From positions 1,796-65,795 of the forward strand of contig JBDHVW010000036.1 of NCBI GenBank assembly GCA_039809865.1: DNA of 64,000 nucleotides, in the 5' to 3' direction. The notes under the pieces are model-generated. The model made no database searches, had not been told where the DNA came from, and saw only the letters and a list, made by a program, of their open reading frames with translations. Position numbers and translations under genes: made by a program. Of this stretch, positions 16,686-27,300 are shown piece by piece; position 1 is the stretch's first letter; each line of letters begins with the position of its first letter. The DNA comes from Vulcanimicrobiota bacterium (GTDB lineage Bacteria > Vulcanimicrobiota > Xenobia > Xenobiales > QWHO01).

Positions 16686-19343
16686 TCAGGCCGTGCGAGC
16701 CGAGGACGGTTGCCGCGGCGAAGTTCTTACCCCCGTCGACCGGCGCCGGATCATCTTCTTCCGCGCCACCTTGGGACGCGGCATCGCCGAGACCGCCAGC
16801 CAGTTGCTGACCAGCCCCACCGAGAGCACCAGGCCCATGCTGGCGAGGGCCGGATTGCGCGCCACCCCCAGGCTGGCGGCGATGACCGTGACGGCCAGCA
16901 GCCCCATGAGCAGCGGACGTCCGCCACGGGCCTGTTTGCGCAGCTGGCCCTCGACCGCCAGGGTGGCACCCAGGCCGATCAGGATGGGCGGCAGGAGAAA
17001 CGTGACCAGGTTCAGCGGCACCTGGCACAGCGCCAGGAAGCCGGCCGTCCAGAACCAGGCCAGGGTGGGGGCGACCATCGCCAGGAGGGCGCGCACGACC
17101 GAGCCGGTTCGGATGATGACCACACCCAGCACGACGAGCCAGATGAATCCCCCGGCGGCCGCGTAAGCGTGCTCGGCCATTTCGCCGATGCGGGCCAACA
17201 GCACCGAGGCCCCGGTCGCATCCGGGTCGACCGACTGCACGGTGGCCGAGAACTGGGCGGCGTCCACGGGGTCGAAGCCGGTGGTCTTGGGGTAGATCTT
17301 CAGCACCAGCTTACCCGAGGACGATACGGTGCGCATCTTCACCTCGTTGGGCAAGATGGCCGGCGAGGGCGCCTTCAGCGTCTGGAGTTGCATCAGCTTG
17401 ATCAGGCTGCGGAGATCGTCGGTATAGCCCTGCTCGAAGGCCAGCAGCCCGTCTTCGATGGGCCCGGGCCCGAGGTCGGGGAGCTCGTGCCGCAGGTGGC
17501 TGATCTTGTCCCCGATGGCCTGCGCCAGCCTCTGGGCCTTCGGGCTGGCCTTTCCCATGGAGGCGATAGCCTGGCTGAATTTGGCCACCACGGGCTCGAG
17601 GTCCAGCATCGAGTCCACCCCGACGGAAGTGCGCGCGGGGGCGATGGTCAGCCCCTTGACGGCCGCGTGGATGCGGCGGATGATGGGCTCTTTGCGCAGG
17701 GCCTCCAGGGGGAGGAGCATGGTGGACGTCTCGACGCGCCCCACACCGGGCAGCCGCAGGAGGCGTTTCGAGAGGGCGTCGGCCTGATCGGCGTCGCTGA
17801 CGAGCGACACGATATTCAGGGTGGAGTGGCCCATGGCTTCGAGGCTGAGCGCGGCGGAGGTGGCCGGCAGGGAAGAATCCATGAGGCGGCTCAGGTCGGG
17901 GTTGAGGTAGGTCGAGCCTCGCGTGATGGCGGAAACAGCCCCCACCGTCAACAGGACGGCCGCGGCCACCGCAGCGAGGTGCTTCTTCTTGCGGAAACGG
18001 CGCTCCAGCTTTCTCAGGCGCTCGTTGGCCAGCACCAATCCCCCGTGGGGGTCCCTGAGCCCCAGGAACCCCGGCAGGAGCAGCAGCGTGCCCAGGAAGG
18101 CCCCCAGGAGGCCCAGGGTGCCGCCCACGCCGACCTGCCCCGCGGCAGGAAAGCCGGTCAGCAGCAGGGCCAGGAAAGCGGCTCCCAGGGTGGCGACGCA
18201 CCCGAGGAAGCCCTTTCCGGGTCCGAGCATGCAGACGCGCCAGGCGGTCAGGGGCAGATGGCCGTTGCGCCGTTGCTCGGAGTAGCTGCAGGCCAGCCGC
18301 AGAGCGAAACAGAGTCCGATCGCCCCGCCCAGGAAGAGGCCCAGACCGGCCGGGGTGCCGGGGGGCGCCAGCAGGGCAAAGAGTCCAACGGAGCCGAGCA
18401 GACTGGCCAGCATGGCGGCCAGGGGCCGATAGAGGTCGCGGTAGACGACTCCGAAGAGCAGGCAGAGGAGGAGCAGGGAGAGGGCCCCTGCGCGGATGAG
18501 GTCGATGGCCATCCCGGCGCGCTGCTCATGGACGATGGCGTTGATGCCGGTCACCTCGGCTTTGAGACCGGGAAACTCGCGGGAGACCCGCAGGGCTTCG
18601 ACCTTGGCCCCCTCGATGGCTTTGACCATCCCCTGGGGTCCGGCACGGAAAACGAGGGCGTGGAGCTTGCCTTCGGCGACCGTGTTGAAGTAGATGACGG
18701 GCTTGCCTTCCCAGAGGGCGACGGCGCGGTTGTCGAGCTTGGACTTGTCGACGAAGCTCCAGACGGGGGAGACGAATTTGGCGCGGCCTCTTTGCTCGAA
18801 ACAGGTCTGGAGCTGGTTGAGGTAGTGCAGGGCCAGTTGCAGGAGGACCTCGGTGCGCGCGGGGGTCGGGGCGGGCGCGTCGGCCTGATCGAGGAGGGTG
18901 GTGGGGTCCTTGGCTTCCAGGAGGGGCCGCAGGCTCTTGGCGGACATCTCGAGGGCATGGAGCTCTTTGGGTTTGAGGTGGTAGAGAACGGTGGGCCTGA
19001 GGAACTTGAGGTCCAGGCTGCCGAAGACGTGCTGGTAGAGAAGGGGCTCGGCCTGGAGTTGCTTCTCGAGCCTCCGGATGTAGGCCTTGCGCGTGGCGGC
19101 GTCTTGCCCGCTGACGATGACGGCGATGTCCTGGGCGGGCCCGACTTCTCGGGTCAGTTCCTCGAGCTTGATCCGGTCGGCCGAGCCGGCGGGCAGGAAC
19201 TCGTAGGGCTGGTTGTCCCAGGAGCGTCCCATCAGGGTGGCTGTGGAGCTGATCAGGAGCGCGAAGGCCAGGATCAAACTGAGTTTGGCCCGGCGATATC
19301 CCCACCAGGCAAAGGTGACTAGAGCCGAATTCAGTCGGACCAT
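16686..19343 (-). CDS. MMPL/RND-superfamily exporter (885 aa, two 6-TM bundles)
   Basis: Two blocks of about six hydrophobic helices, each preceded by a large soluble domain; typical MMPL (HpnN-like) architecture. Confidence 0.8.
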   Translation of the reverse strand: MVRLNSALVTFAWWGYRRAKLSLILAFALLISSTATLMGRSWDNQPYEFLPAGSADRIKLEELTREVGPAQDIAVIVSGQDAATRKAYIRRLEKQLQAEPLLYQHVFGSLDLKFLRPTVLYHLKPKELHALEMSAKSLRPLLEAKDPTTLLDQADAPAPTPARTEVLLQLALHYLNQLQTCFEQRGRAKFVSPVWSFVDKSKLDNRAVALWEGKPVIYFNTVAEGKLHALVFRAGPQGMVKAIEGAKVEALRVSREFPGLKAEVTGINAIVHEQRAGMAIDLIRAGALSLLLLCLLFGVVYRDLYRPLAAMLASLLGSVGLFALLAPPGTPAGLGLFLGGAIGLCFALRLACSYSEQRRNGHLPLTAWRVCMLGPGKGFLGCVATLGAAFLALLLTGFPAAGQVGVGGTLGLLGAFLGTLLLLPGFLGLRDPHGGLVLANERLRKLERRFRKKKHLAAVAAAVLLTVGAVSAITRGSTYLNPDLSRLMDSSLPATSAALSLEAMGHSTLNIVSLVSDADQADALSKRLLRLPGVGRVETSTMLLPLEALRKEPIIRRIHAAVKGLTIAPARTSVGVDSMLDLEPVVAKFSQAIASMGKASPKAQRLAQAIGDKISHLRHELPDLGPGPIEDGLLAFEQGYTDDLRSLIKLMQLQTLKAPSPAILPNEVKMRTVSSSGKLVLKIYPKTTGFDPVDAAQFSATVQSVDPDATGASVLLARIGEMAEHAYAAAGGFIWLVVLGVVIIRTGSVVRALLAMVAPTLAWFWTAGFLALCQVPLNLVTFLLPPILIGLGATLAVEGQLRKQARGGRPLLMGLLAVTVIAASLGVARNPALASMGLVLSVGLVSNWLAVSAMPRPKVARKKMIRRRSTGVRTSPRQPSSARTA

Positions 19344-19680
19344 GGCGGGCCGATTGTATCATGGTGAGTACCCCTGGAGCTTCGGGCGTTCGTAACCATC
19401 TCGCCGGGAGCCGGATACCGCGACCTGGAGGGGGGGCGCTTCAGTCCCCGGGCCCCATACTGGATCGTGGACCTCGTGGAGCAGACGGTGGAAGTCTATC
19501 GGCTGGAAGGGTCGAGCGTGCAGCAGATTTCGGGATCTCCCGTGCGGATGCCTGCGCTCAGCGAGGCTCGAACCGAGGCCCAGAGCCGTACCTGGCAGTT
19601 GGTGCGGGCTATCTTCGTTGCCGGGCCCTCGCAGGACAAGGCCATCGCTCGCCGTAACGCCCTGATAGCGCCCCAGGCCG

Positions 19681-20184
19681 TCAGCGGGAATTCAGCACCA
19701 GCACTTCGCTGGCGATCCGCTCGTTGACGACGATCGGGCTCTCACCGTCGCGCGTCGGGCGGGTTGGGACGAGCACCAGTTGAAGGGCTTCCACTTTTTC
19801 CCCCTCCAATTGCAGGGGGAGCCGTCGCTCCAGAGTCTGAACCGGACCCACCACCAGGTCGCCGTGGGGATGAACGTGCTCGAGGTCGGCATAACTGCGC
19901 GGCAGGGTCACCCACCTGCCATCGATGCGCGCGCGCCAGACTAGCAGGCTCTCCCAGCCGACCGTCTGGCAAAGCCGGGCGCCCACGCGCACCTCGTTCC
20001 AGCGCATATTGCGCAGGGAAACCAGGATTTCATCGGGGCTACCCGGCACGAGCGCGAGGCTCAATCGCAGGGGGAGGTCCTTACCGGGCGCGAGGGCCTC
20101 GTTGCTCTCGAGACGCGAAGGGGCGCACCACCAGGAGATCGAGGCGATGCAAACCAGCAGGAGCATCACATCCAGCCTGCGCAT
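19681..20184 (-). CDS. Small secreted hypothetical protein
   Basis: N-terminal signal-like segment MRRLDVMLLLVCIASISWWCAP; coding-like codon usage. Confidence 0.4.
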   Translation of the reverse strand: MRRLDVMLLLVCIASISWWCAPSRLESNEALAPGKDLPLRLSLALVPGSPDEILVSLRNMRWNEVRVGARLCQTVGWESLLVWRARIDGRWVTLPRSYADLEHVHPHGDLVVGPVQTLERRLPLQLEGEKVEALQLVLVPTRPTRDGESPIVVNERIASEVLVLNSR

Positions 20185-20190
20185 GTTCGC

Positions 20191-22932
20191 TCAGTCTCCC
20201 GCGGACGGCCGTTTATTCCCGGCCACAATCGCCTCCAGGTGGCCTCGATAGGCTGGCTGGCCCAGCTCCAGAGCCTGGGCCAATCCCTCCCGAGCCGTTG
20301 CGAGCGCCTCCTCCGCGCGTCCCAGCTCTTGCAGGCAGAGGGCCTCCAACAGTCGGATGTGGGGCAGGCTCAGGCGCGCCCCGGTCTGCTCGCGCACCTC
20401 ATAGCCGTCGCGCACCAGGGCCAGTCCGGCCTCGCCCTGACCCAGACGGCAGCGAGCCCAACCTTCGAGCGCCAGGGACAATCCCAGCCAGTGCCGAGAA
20501 TCGTGCCGTACGCACAGCGAGCGGGCTTTCACGGCGCGGCGCAGGGCCAGACCCGGATCGTTCTGGACCTGGCCGACCACGGAGCTCATCACCAGGGCCG
20601 TAATCTGACTGAACGGATGGCCTCGGCCGCTGGCGAGGGCGTGCTTCATCTGCGCTCTGGCTTCGTCGTGTCGCCCCAGGTGCGCCAGAACCCAGCCCAG
20701 GTGAGAGCGGCCCAGCGTGTTGGGATCCTGGCCAAAGTGGAGCTCGCGCCGCTTTCTCCGCGTGCCGGCCAGGGCCCGTTCCAGGTGGTCCTGCGCGGAC
20801 TCGAGCTCTCCGCGATGGGCGTCCGTGACGCCCGCGGCCAGCTCGGCTTCCACCCGCCAGCTGAGCGGGCCCTCGGCGCTCATTTCGCTCAACCGAGTCG
20901 CCAGGGCGCGCGCCTCGTCCAATCGCGAACGCACCAGGAGATAGGCCCACAAACCCCGCATGGCCGCGAACGGGGCATCGGCGACGTGGAGACTCAGCTC
21001 CTGGGCGCGGACGGCGATACGGGCCACCTCTTCGCTGGCGTAACCCTCCGTCCCGATGAGCGGGGCGATGCGCTGGCTGAGAAGCTCGAGCTCGCGCTCG
21101 GGGGTGTCGGCCCCCTGCAGGGCGCGGTCGAGGTGGCGCAGAGCTTCGGCGTTGGCTCCCCGCTTGATGGCGTGACGAGCGGCCTCCTGCCACAGCGGGT
21201 GGGCCTGCGACGAGAGCCCGGCGGTCTCGAAATGCCGCGCCAGCATTTCGGGCCGGCCGCGGCTCAACGCGGGGAACTCCGTCTGGAGCAGGCGGGCCAG
21301 CTGACCGTGCAAAGGGCGGCGATCGCTGTGCAGCATCGTCTGGTAGGCCGCCTCTTGCATGAGAGCGTGCCGAAAGCCGGCGTTGTCGCCCCAGCTCTCC
21401 AGCACGCCGGCGGTCACCAGCTCGGAAAGGGCGGGCTCCAGCTCATGGCCCCACAGGCGCTCGAGCACGGGCAGCGGAAAGTGACGGCCGATCACCGAGG
21501 CCACCTGGGCCAGTCGGCGCGAGCGGGGCATACGATCGAGCTGCGCCAGCAAAAGGCCTTGCAGAGAGCCGGGAAGGTCTTTCTGGCCGCTGCGAGCCGC
21601 TCGAGCCAGCTCTTCGGCAAACAGAGGGTTGCCGTCGCAGCGCAGCGCCAGCTCCCGGGGAGCCCCCGCCAGCAGGTGCTCGATCTGCTCGAGCGCCAGG
21701 GGCGCCAGCTCGATTCTCTCGCCGGTCGAATCGAGCGGAGCCCGGGCCGTGACGAGAAGGAGCGCGGAAAGCTCGCGTAATCGACTCAGCAGGCGCAGGG
21801 TCGAGGGGTCCAGCCACTGCGCGTCCTCCAGGACGAGCACGACCGGACCGGCCTGGCCGAAACCGCTGAGGAAGTCCACCAGGACGTCGAGTAGCTCCGC
21901 CAGGCCCGCCTCGCCTTCCGGCTCGGGGCTGAGAAGATGCACGATCGGCTCCGGGCCGTGCGGCAGAGACTCTCGCACCTGTTGGGCCGAGCACGCCAGC
22001 GGCAGGCCGAGAGCCGACCGCAGACACTCCTTTACCGGAAACAGGGCGTGGTCGACCGCGAAGGGTGAACAATGGCCGACCAGAATCGGGGCTCGAATCC
22101 GCTCGCAGAACGTGCGCACGAGGCGCGTCTTGCCCAGTCCGGCATCGCCGGTCAGGTCGACGCGCACGAACCCCCGCGTGGAGACCGTTTCCCAGAGACT
22201 CTGCAGGCGCCCCAGCTCGGCGCCTCGTCCCACGAAGGGGGAAGGCGGAATCTGCTCGCGGGTCGACCTCGGGCCCAGGACGCGGTACAGGGGAACGGGA
22301 TCGGGAATCCCCTTGAGTTGCGTCTCGCCCAGATCGGCCAGCTCGAAGCGATCCCGGCACAAGAGACGGGTGGCGTGGCTGATGAGGACGGTGCCCGGAT
22401 CCGCCAGGCCCTGCAAGCGGGCGGCCACATTGGGCACGTCTCCGATAGCCAGGCGCTCGCGGCGCCAACCGCCGCCCATCTCGCCCACCACCACCGCACC
22501 GCTGTGCAGCCCGATGCGCACCTGCAGACCGCCGGGCACCGCCTTCACCAGCTCGAGAGCGCACAAGACGGCACGTCGCGCGTCGTCCTCGTGGGCTCGC
22601 GGGTAGCCAAAGTAGACCAGCAGGCCATCGCCCAGGTACTGCGCCACGTAGCCCTCCAGCCGATCCACCACGGCCGTCGAGGCGCTCTGATACTGGCGCA
22701 CCCGCTCGCGAAGCTCCTCGGGATCGAGCTCGACCGAGAGGCTGGTCGAGCCGACGAGATCGCAGAAAAGAACGGTGAGAGAGCGCCGCTCGGCAAGCTC
22801 GCCGAACTCCAGCGGGTTGCCGCACATGGCGCAGTAAAGATGCGACGGCTCGGGGGCGAAGCCGCAGGTCCAGCACCGGCTCAGCTCAGGCACGCTCGGG
22901 TTCGTCTGCCACGCCATCGCCAGGCCAGCCAC
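20191..22932 (-). CDS. Signalling protein with zinc ribbon, class III adenylyl/guanylyl cyclase, STAND/AAA ATPase and TPR domains (913 aa)
   Basis: CWTCG...CAMCG zinc ribbon; cyclase motifs (LTVLFCDLVGSTSL, YLGDGLLVYFG, RIGLHSGAVVVGEMG); Walker A GDAGLGKTRL; C-terminal TPR-like helical repeats. Confidence 0.8.
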   Translation of the reverse strand: MAGLAMAWQTNPSVPELSRCWTCGFAPEPSHLYCAMCGNPLEFGELAERRSLTVLFCDLVGSTSLSVELDPEELRERVRQYQSASTAVVDRLEGYVAQYLGDGLLVYFGYPRAHEDDARRAVLCALELVKAVPGGLQVRIGLHSGAVVVGEMGGGWRRERLAIGDVPNVAARLQGLADPGTVLISHATRLLCRDRFELADLGETQLKGIPDPVPLYRVLGPRSTREQIPPSPFVGRGAELGRLQSLWETVSTRGFVRVDLTGDAGLGKTRLVRTFCERIRAPILVGHCSPFAVDHALFPVKECLRSALGLPLACSAQQVRESLPHGPEPIVHLLSPEPEGEAGLAELLDVLVDFLSGFGQAGPVVLVLEDAQWLDPSTLRLLSRLRELSALLLVTARAPLDSTGERIELAPLALEQIEHLLAGAPRELALRCDGNPLFAEELARAARSGQKDLPGSLQGLLLAQLDRMPRSRRLAQVASVIGRHFPLPVLERLWGHELEPALSELVTAGVLESWGDNAGFRHALMQEAAYQTMLHSDRRPLHGQLARLLQTEFPALSRGRPEMLARHFETAGLSSQAHPLWQEAARHAIKRGANAEALRHLDRALQGADTPERELELLSQRIAPLIGTEGYASEEVARIAVRAQELSLHVADAPFAAMRGLWAYLLVRSRLDEARALATRLSEMSAEGPLSWRVEAELAAGVTDAHRGELESAQDHLERALAGTRRKRRELHFGQDPNTLGRSHLGWVLAHLGRHDEARAQMKHALASGRGHPFSQITALVMSSVVGQVQNDPGLALRRAVKARSLCVRHDSRHWLGLSLALEGWARCRLGQGEAGLALVRDGYEVREQTGARLSLPHIRLLEALCLQELGRAEEALATAREGLAQALELGQPAYRGHLEAIVAGNKRPSAGD

Positions 22933-23010
22933 AACTCTCTCGGGTCATGCAGCCAGCCCGAGCAGGCCCCTACTTTCCGAAGCGCGTGTCGCAATAAGCT
23001 TCCCGGAAGC

Positions 23011-23046
23011 CCAGCAGTAGGAGGTCCGGACGGCCCTCCTACTGCT
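23011..23046. promoter_or_regulatory. 13-bp-stem inverted repeat (CAGCAGTAGGAGG, 10-nt spacer, CCTCCTACTGCTG) in the divergent intergenic region
   Basis: Perfect inverted repeat seen directly; no flanking U-run, so more likely an operator or RNA structure than an intrinsic terminator; a second palindrome GCTTCCCGGAAGC lies at about 22992-23004. Confidence 0.4.
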
Positions 23047-23206
23047 GCCGATTGAAAATTCGGCCCGGGTCGTTGGTCTGAATCAGTGACATCAAAATCT
23101 CCCTTTGGAGCGATTCAGGACAATTCTCTCTGCCACTCCCTGACGCCTTCGTCGCCGCCTGATCCGGATCATAGGCCGCACTCCCTTCGGGGAGTAGCCT
23201 CGAGGT

Positions 23207-24307
23207 ATGCGAGGGCCAATCCTTCTGCTCGTCCTGCTGCTCTTCATGCCGGCTCTGGCTCAGCCAGGGCGGGAGCTGGTCGGCCAGAACGACGAGCAGC
23301 CCGTCGCGGGCGGGGACACCCTCTACAGCGTGGCCAGGGCCCACCGCCTGGCCCTCGAGCACCTCGCCTTCGCGAATCGCCTGGCGCCGGACTTGCGGCC
23401 CCTGAGGGCCGGGCGAATCCTGATTCCGGGGCGGCGCGTCCTGCCCGGCTCCCCTCCGGCCGACGGGTTGGTGCTGAACCTGCCCGAGCGCGGCCTCTTC
23501 CTCTTTCGCCAGGGCACCTACGCCGGGTTCTACCCGGTGGCCATCGGCATGCCGGGTTGGAACACCCCCGTCGGCGAGTTCCGCATCGTCTCGCGCGTGG
23601 TCGACCCCACCTGGAGTCCTCCCTCGTGGGCGGGCGTGGCGGGGCCGGTCGGGCCGGGGCCGGACAACCCGCTGGGGGATCGCTGGATGGGCCTCTCGCT
23701 CGGAGGCTACGGGATCCACTCCACCAACGTGCCGAGCTCCATTGGGGGTGCGGTGTCGCACGGGTGCATCCGGATGTATCCCGAGCTGGCGCGGGAGCTG
23801 TTCGAGCGGGTCACCGTGGGAATGCCCATCCGCATCGAGTACGAGCCCGTCAAACTCGGCCAGGAGCCAGACGGTCGGGTGGCCCTGGCCGTCTTCCCCG
23901 ACGTCTATGGCCGCGTGGACCTGATGGCCGAGGCCGAGCGGTGCGTCGCCGAGCTCGGACCTCTGGTCGATCCCGTCAAGCTCCGTCAGATCGTCGGCCG
24001 GGCCACCGGCGTCCCGGAGCCGCTCGTGGGGGACGAGCTGGAGGTCGTGGTGGGGGAGGAGCCCCTGGGGAAATTCGTCTGCGCGGTGGCCGGAGGAAGG
24101 CTCTACGTGCCGCTCGAACTCCTGACCGCTGCGGGATTCGAGGCCCAGGAGCAGGCGGGCCAGGCGCGCATCGCCCGTGACGGAGCCGAGCTCGCGGTGC
24201 CCGCGCTGCCCCTGGGGAGCGGGCGCCTGGTGCCGGCCGTGCCGGTGCTGACGCACTTTGGCTGGGGCGTGAAGATGGACGGCGGGACCGTGGTCTTACG
24301 TCACTGA
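23207..24307 (+). CDS. LysM-domain L,D-transpeptidase (YkuD family)
   Basis: Signal peptide; LysM (GDTLYSVARAHRLALEHLAFANRL); YkuD catalytic motif GIHSTNVPSSIGGAVSHGCIRM. Confidence 0.85.
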   Translation: MRGPILLLVLLLFMPALAQPGRELVGQNDEQPVAGGDTLYSVARAHRLALEHLAFANRLAPDLRPLRAGRILIPGRRVLPGSPPADGLVLNLPERGLFLFRQGTYAGFYPVAIGMPGWNTPVGEFRIVSRVVDPTWSPPSWAGVAGPVGPGPDNPLGDRWMGLSLGGYGIHSTNVPSSIGGAVSHGCIRMYPELARELFERVTVGMPIRIEYEPVKLGQEPDGRVALAVFPDVYGRVDLMAEAERCVAELGPLVDPVKLRQIVGRATGVPEPLVGDELEVVVGEEPLGKFVCAVAGGRLYVPLELLTAAGFEAQEQAGQARIARDGAELAVPALPLGSGRLVPAVPVLTHFGWGVKMDGGTVVLRH

Positions 24308-24394
24308 AGCTCGGGCGCCAACTCATCGAGGCCCCCGCGGGCCGGTAGATAGTTACTAAAGTACTTTTGCGATTTTTGTGCAATTAAGGTCCTT

Positions 24395-27300
24395 GTGGGA
24401 CGGTTATGGATTGTTCTGATCGTCTGCTCTCTGTTGGCGCAGGTTCTGCGTGCGGAGCCTTCTCTGTCGGTTGGCAGCGAGCAAGATTTTCCGCCCCTGG
24501 CCAGTCTGCGGCCGGACGGCTCGGCCACCGGATTCACGGTGGAGCTGTGGGAAGCGGTAGCCCGAGAAAGCGGCCTTCCTGCCCGCATCCGGACGGCTCC
24601 GTTCCACGTCCTGCTCAGGGAGTTCAAGAACCGGCGCCTGGATGTGCTGATCAACCTGGCCCGGTCTCCCGAGCGCAGCGCCTGGGCCGAATTTACCGTG
24701 CCCCACACCGTTTTGAGCGGAGCCATCTTCGTGCGCGCCGACGAGACGCAAATCCGCTCCGAGGAAGACCTGCAGGGCAAGCGGGTGCTGGTCCTCAACG
24801 GGGACCTTGGCCACGACTACGCGCTCAGCCGCGGGTGGACGTGCGAGCCGGCGGAGACTCCGGCTGACGGGCTACGGCTGCTTTCGGCCGGCAATTTCGA
24901 CGCCATGGTCGTGAGCAAGCTGATCGGTTTGCAAACGCTGCGCGATGAGGGCATCAAGAATCTCGTCGTGGCCTGTCCGGCCGGTTACAGCCAGAGCTTC
25001 TCGTTTGCCGTGCGGCGGGGAGATGGGGAGCTCCTGGCCCGGCTCAACGAGGGCCTGGCCGTGGTCAAAGCCAACGGGACTTACGACCGGCTCTATGACA
25101 AGTGGTTCGGGGTGCTCGAGCCCAAGACCATGCCCTGGCGCTCCGTGCTGCTCTCTCTCGGAGGTCTGGGTCTCGTCGTCGCCATTCTCACGGCAGCATT
25201 CCTGCATCAGCTGGCCCTGAGCCGGCAGCTTCGCCTCTCGCGCGCTCGTCTCGAGGAGACGCAGCACCTCGCCCTGATCGGCGACTGGGAAGCGTTCCCC
25301 GATGGCCGCCTGGTGCTCTCTCCCCAGACCCTCCGGGTCTTCGCAGGGAAACAGCCTGAGGGCACCAGGAGCCTGGAGGAGGTCGTCAATCTGGTCGACC
25401 CGCTCGACCGCACACGAGTCGCCGCGTTGTTCCGTCAGGCTTTCGAGGAGGCCCGCTCTTTTGACACCCAGGCCAGGGTGCTGTTGCACGGAGATTACCG
25501 CTGGGTGCAGGCGCGGGCGGAAGTGCGCCGCGACCGCACCGGCAAAGTCCGCTCGGTTTTTGGCACCGCCATGGACGTCACAGAGGTGCGTCAGGCCGCG
25601 CTCGATTTGGAGAGCGCCGTGTCGGCCCTCAGGCAGAGTGAGGAAGGCCTGCGCCACAGCCTCACGGGACTGCCCGACCCCGTGCTGCTCGAAGTGGCGG
25701 GGCGGATCGTCTTTGCCAACTCGGCAGCTTTGCGCCTGTTTGGCGCCGACAGCCTCGAGGAGCTGGCATGCAAGCCGCTGCTCGAGTGGATCTGCCCTTC
25801 GTGTCGCCAGGCTTTCTACGCCTGGTCCGAGCTGGCGCGTGAGCATCAGCAACCCGCGTACTGGGAATTCAGCTTTCTGCAGCTCGACGGCTCGGTCGTT
25901 CCGGTCGAGGCCGCCGCCACGACCCTGACGTTTTGCGGCTCGGACGCGCTCGAAATTCTCTTTCGCGACATCTCGGCTCGCCAGGCGGCCGCCTACGAAA
26001 TGGTGCACTCGGTCTCCCTGTTGCACGCGGCGCTCGAGTCCACGGCCGACGGGCTGCTGGTGGTCGAGACGAACGGACGGGTGTCCAGCTACAACCAGAC
26101 GTTTTTGCGCATGTGGCGGATCGACCCGGAGCTGGCCCGCTTGGGAGATGACCAGAAGCTCCTGGGGGCCGTGCTCGAGCAGCTCAAGGACCCCCAGGAG
26201 TTTCTCGATCGCGTCAACCAGCTGTATCAGGAACCCTCCGCCTCCTCTTTCGAGACCATCCACTTCAAGGATGGTCGCATTTTCGAGCGCTACAGCCGAC
26301 CCCAGGTCGCCCAGGACGTCGTGGTCGGGAGAGTCTGGAGCTTTCGCGACGTGACCGAGCGAATGCGCGGCGAGGACGCACTGCGAGAGAGCGAGCTGCG
26401 CTTTCGCCAGCTGGCCGAGTCCCTGGACAAGGTCTTCTGGTCCTGGGCTCCGGGGCCGTCGCGCTTTCTCTACGTCAGCCCGGCCTTCGAGCACCTGTGG
26501 GGAGATTCTTGCGCGGAACTCATGGAGAGTCCCGGACTGTGGGTGGCCCGCATCCATCCTGAGGACCGCGAGAGGGTCGAGCAGAGCTATAAAGCCTGGC
26601 TGTCGTCGGGAGAATCCGACGGATTTCGGGTCTCTTTTCGACTGCTGCGCTCCGATGGCAGCCTCCGCTTTGTGGTCGAAACCGCCGCTTCCGTCCGCGA
26701 TGCCAGCGGGCAGGTTTACCGGGTGGTGGGGATCGCCGAGGACGTGACCGAGTCCCACACCGCGGAGCAAACCCAGCGCAAACTGCAGCTGCAGCTCTTT
26801 CAGTCGCAAAAGCTGGAGGCGCTGGGCACTCTGGCCGGGGGCATCGCGCACGACTTCAACAACGTGCTGGCCGCCATCGTGGGCAACGCCGAGGTTCTGC
26901 TCGCCGCTTCGCCGCCCGGCGAACCCCTCCGCACCGGATTGGGCGAGATTCTGCGAGCCAGTCATCGGGCGCGGGACGTCGTGCGTCAGATCCTGACCTT
27001 CAGCCAGCGGCGCGAGCACGTGAGGAGCGTGGTCTCGCTGAGCGATATCGTGACGGAAGTGATCGGTCTGTTGCGCGCCACCATGCCTCCCGGCATCGAG
27101 ATTGTCGCCGAGGCCGACCCGGGGGGCTGCTTCTTGCAGGCTGACCCCGCGCAACTGTTGCAGGTTGCCATGAACCTTTGCACCAATGCCGTCCAGGCGC
27201 TGGGCACCAGCGGTCGTCTGCTGGTGGCCTGCAGACCCGTTCCCGACGCGTCGAAGCTTCTGAGCGAGCATCCCGGGCTCTCCGGGGGGGCTTACGTCGC

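Noticed and set aside
19361-19727. Two overlapping short plus-strand ORFs between the MMPL exporter and the small secreted gene
   Set aside because: They have weak codon bias and overlap the 3' end of the minus-strand gene. I treat them as non-coding intergenic or promoter DNA.
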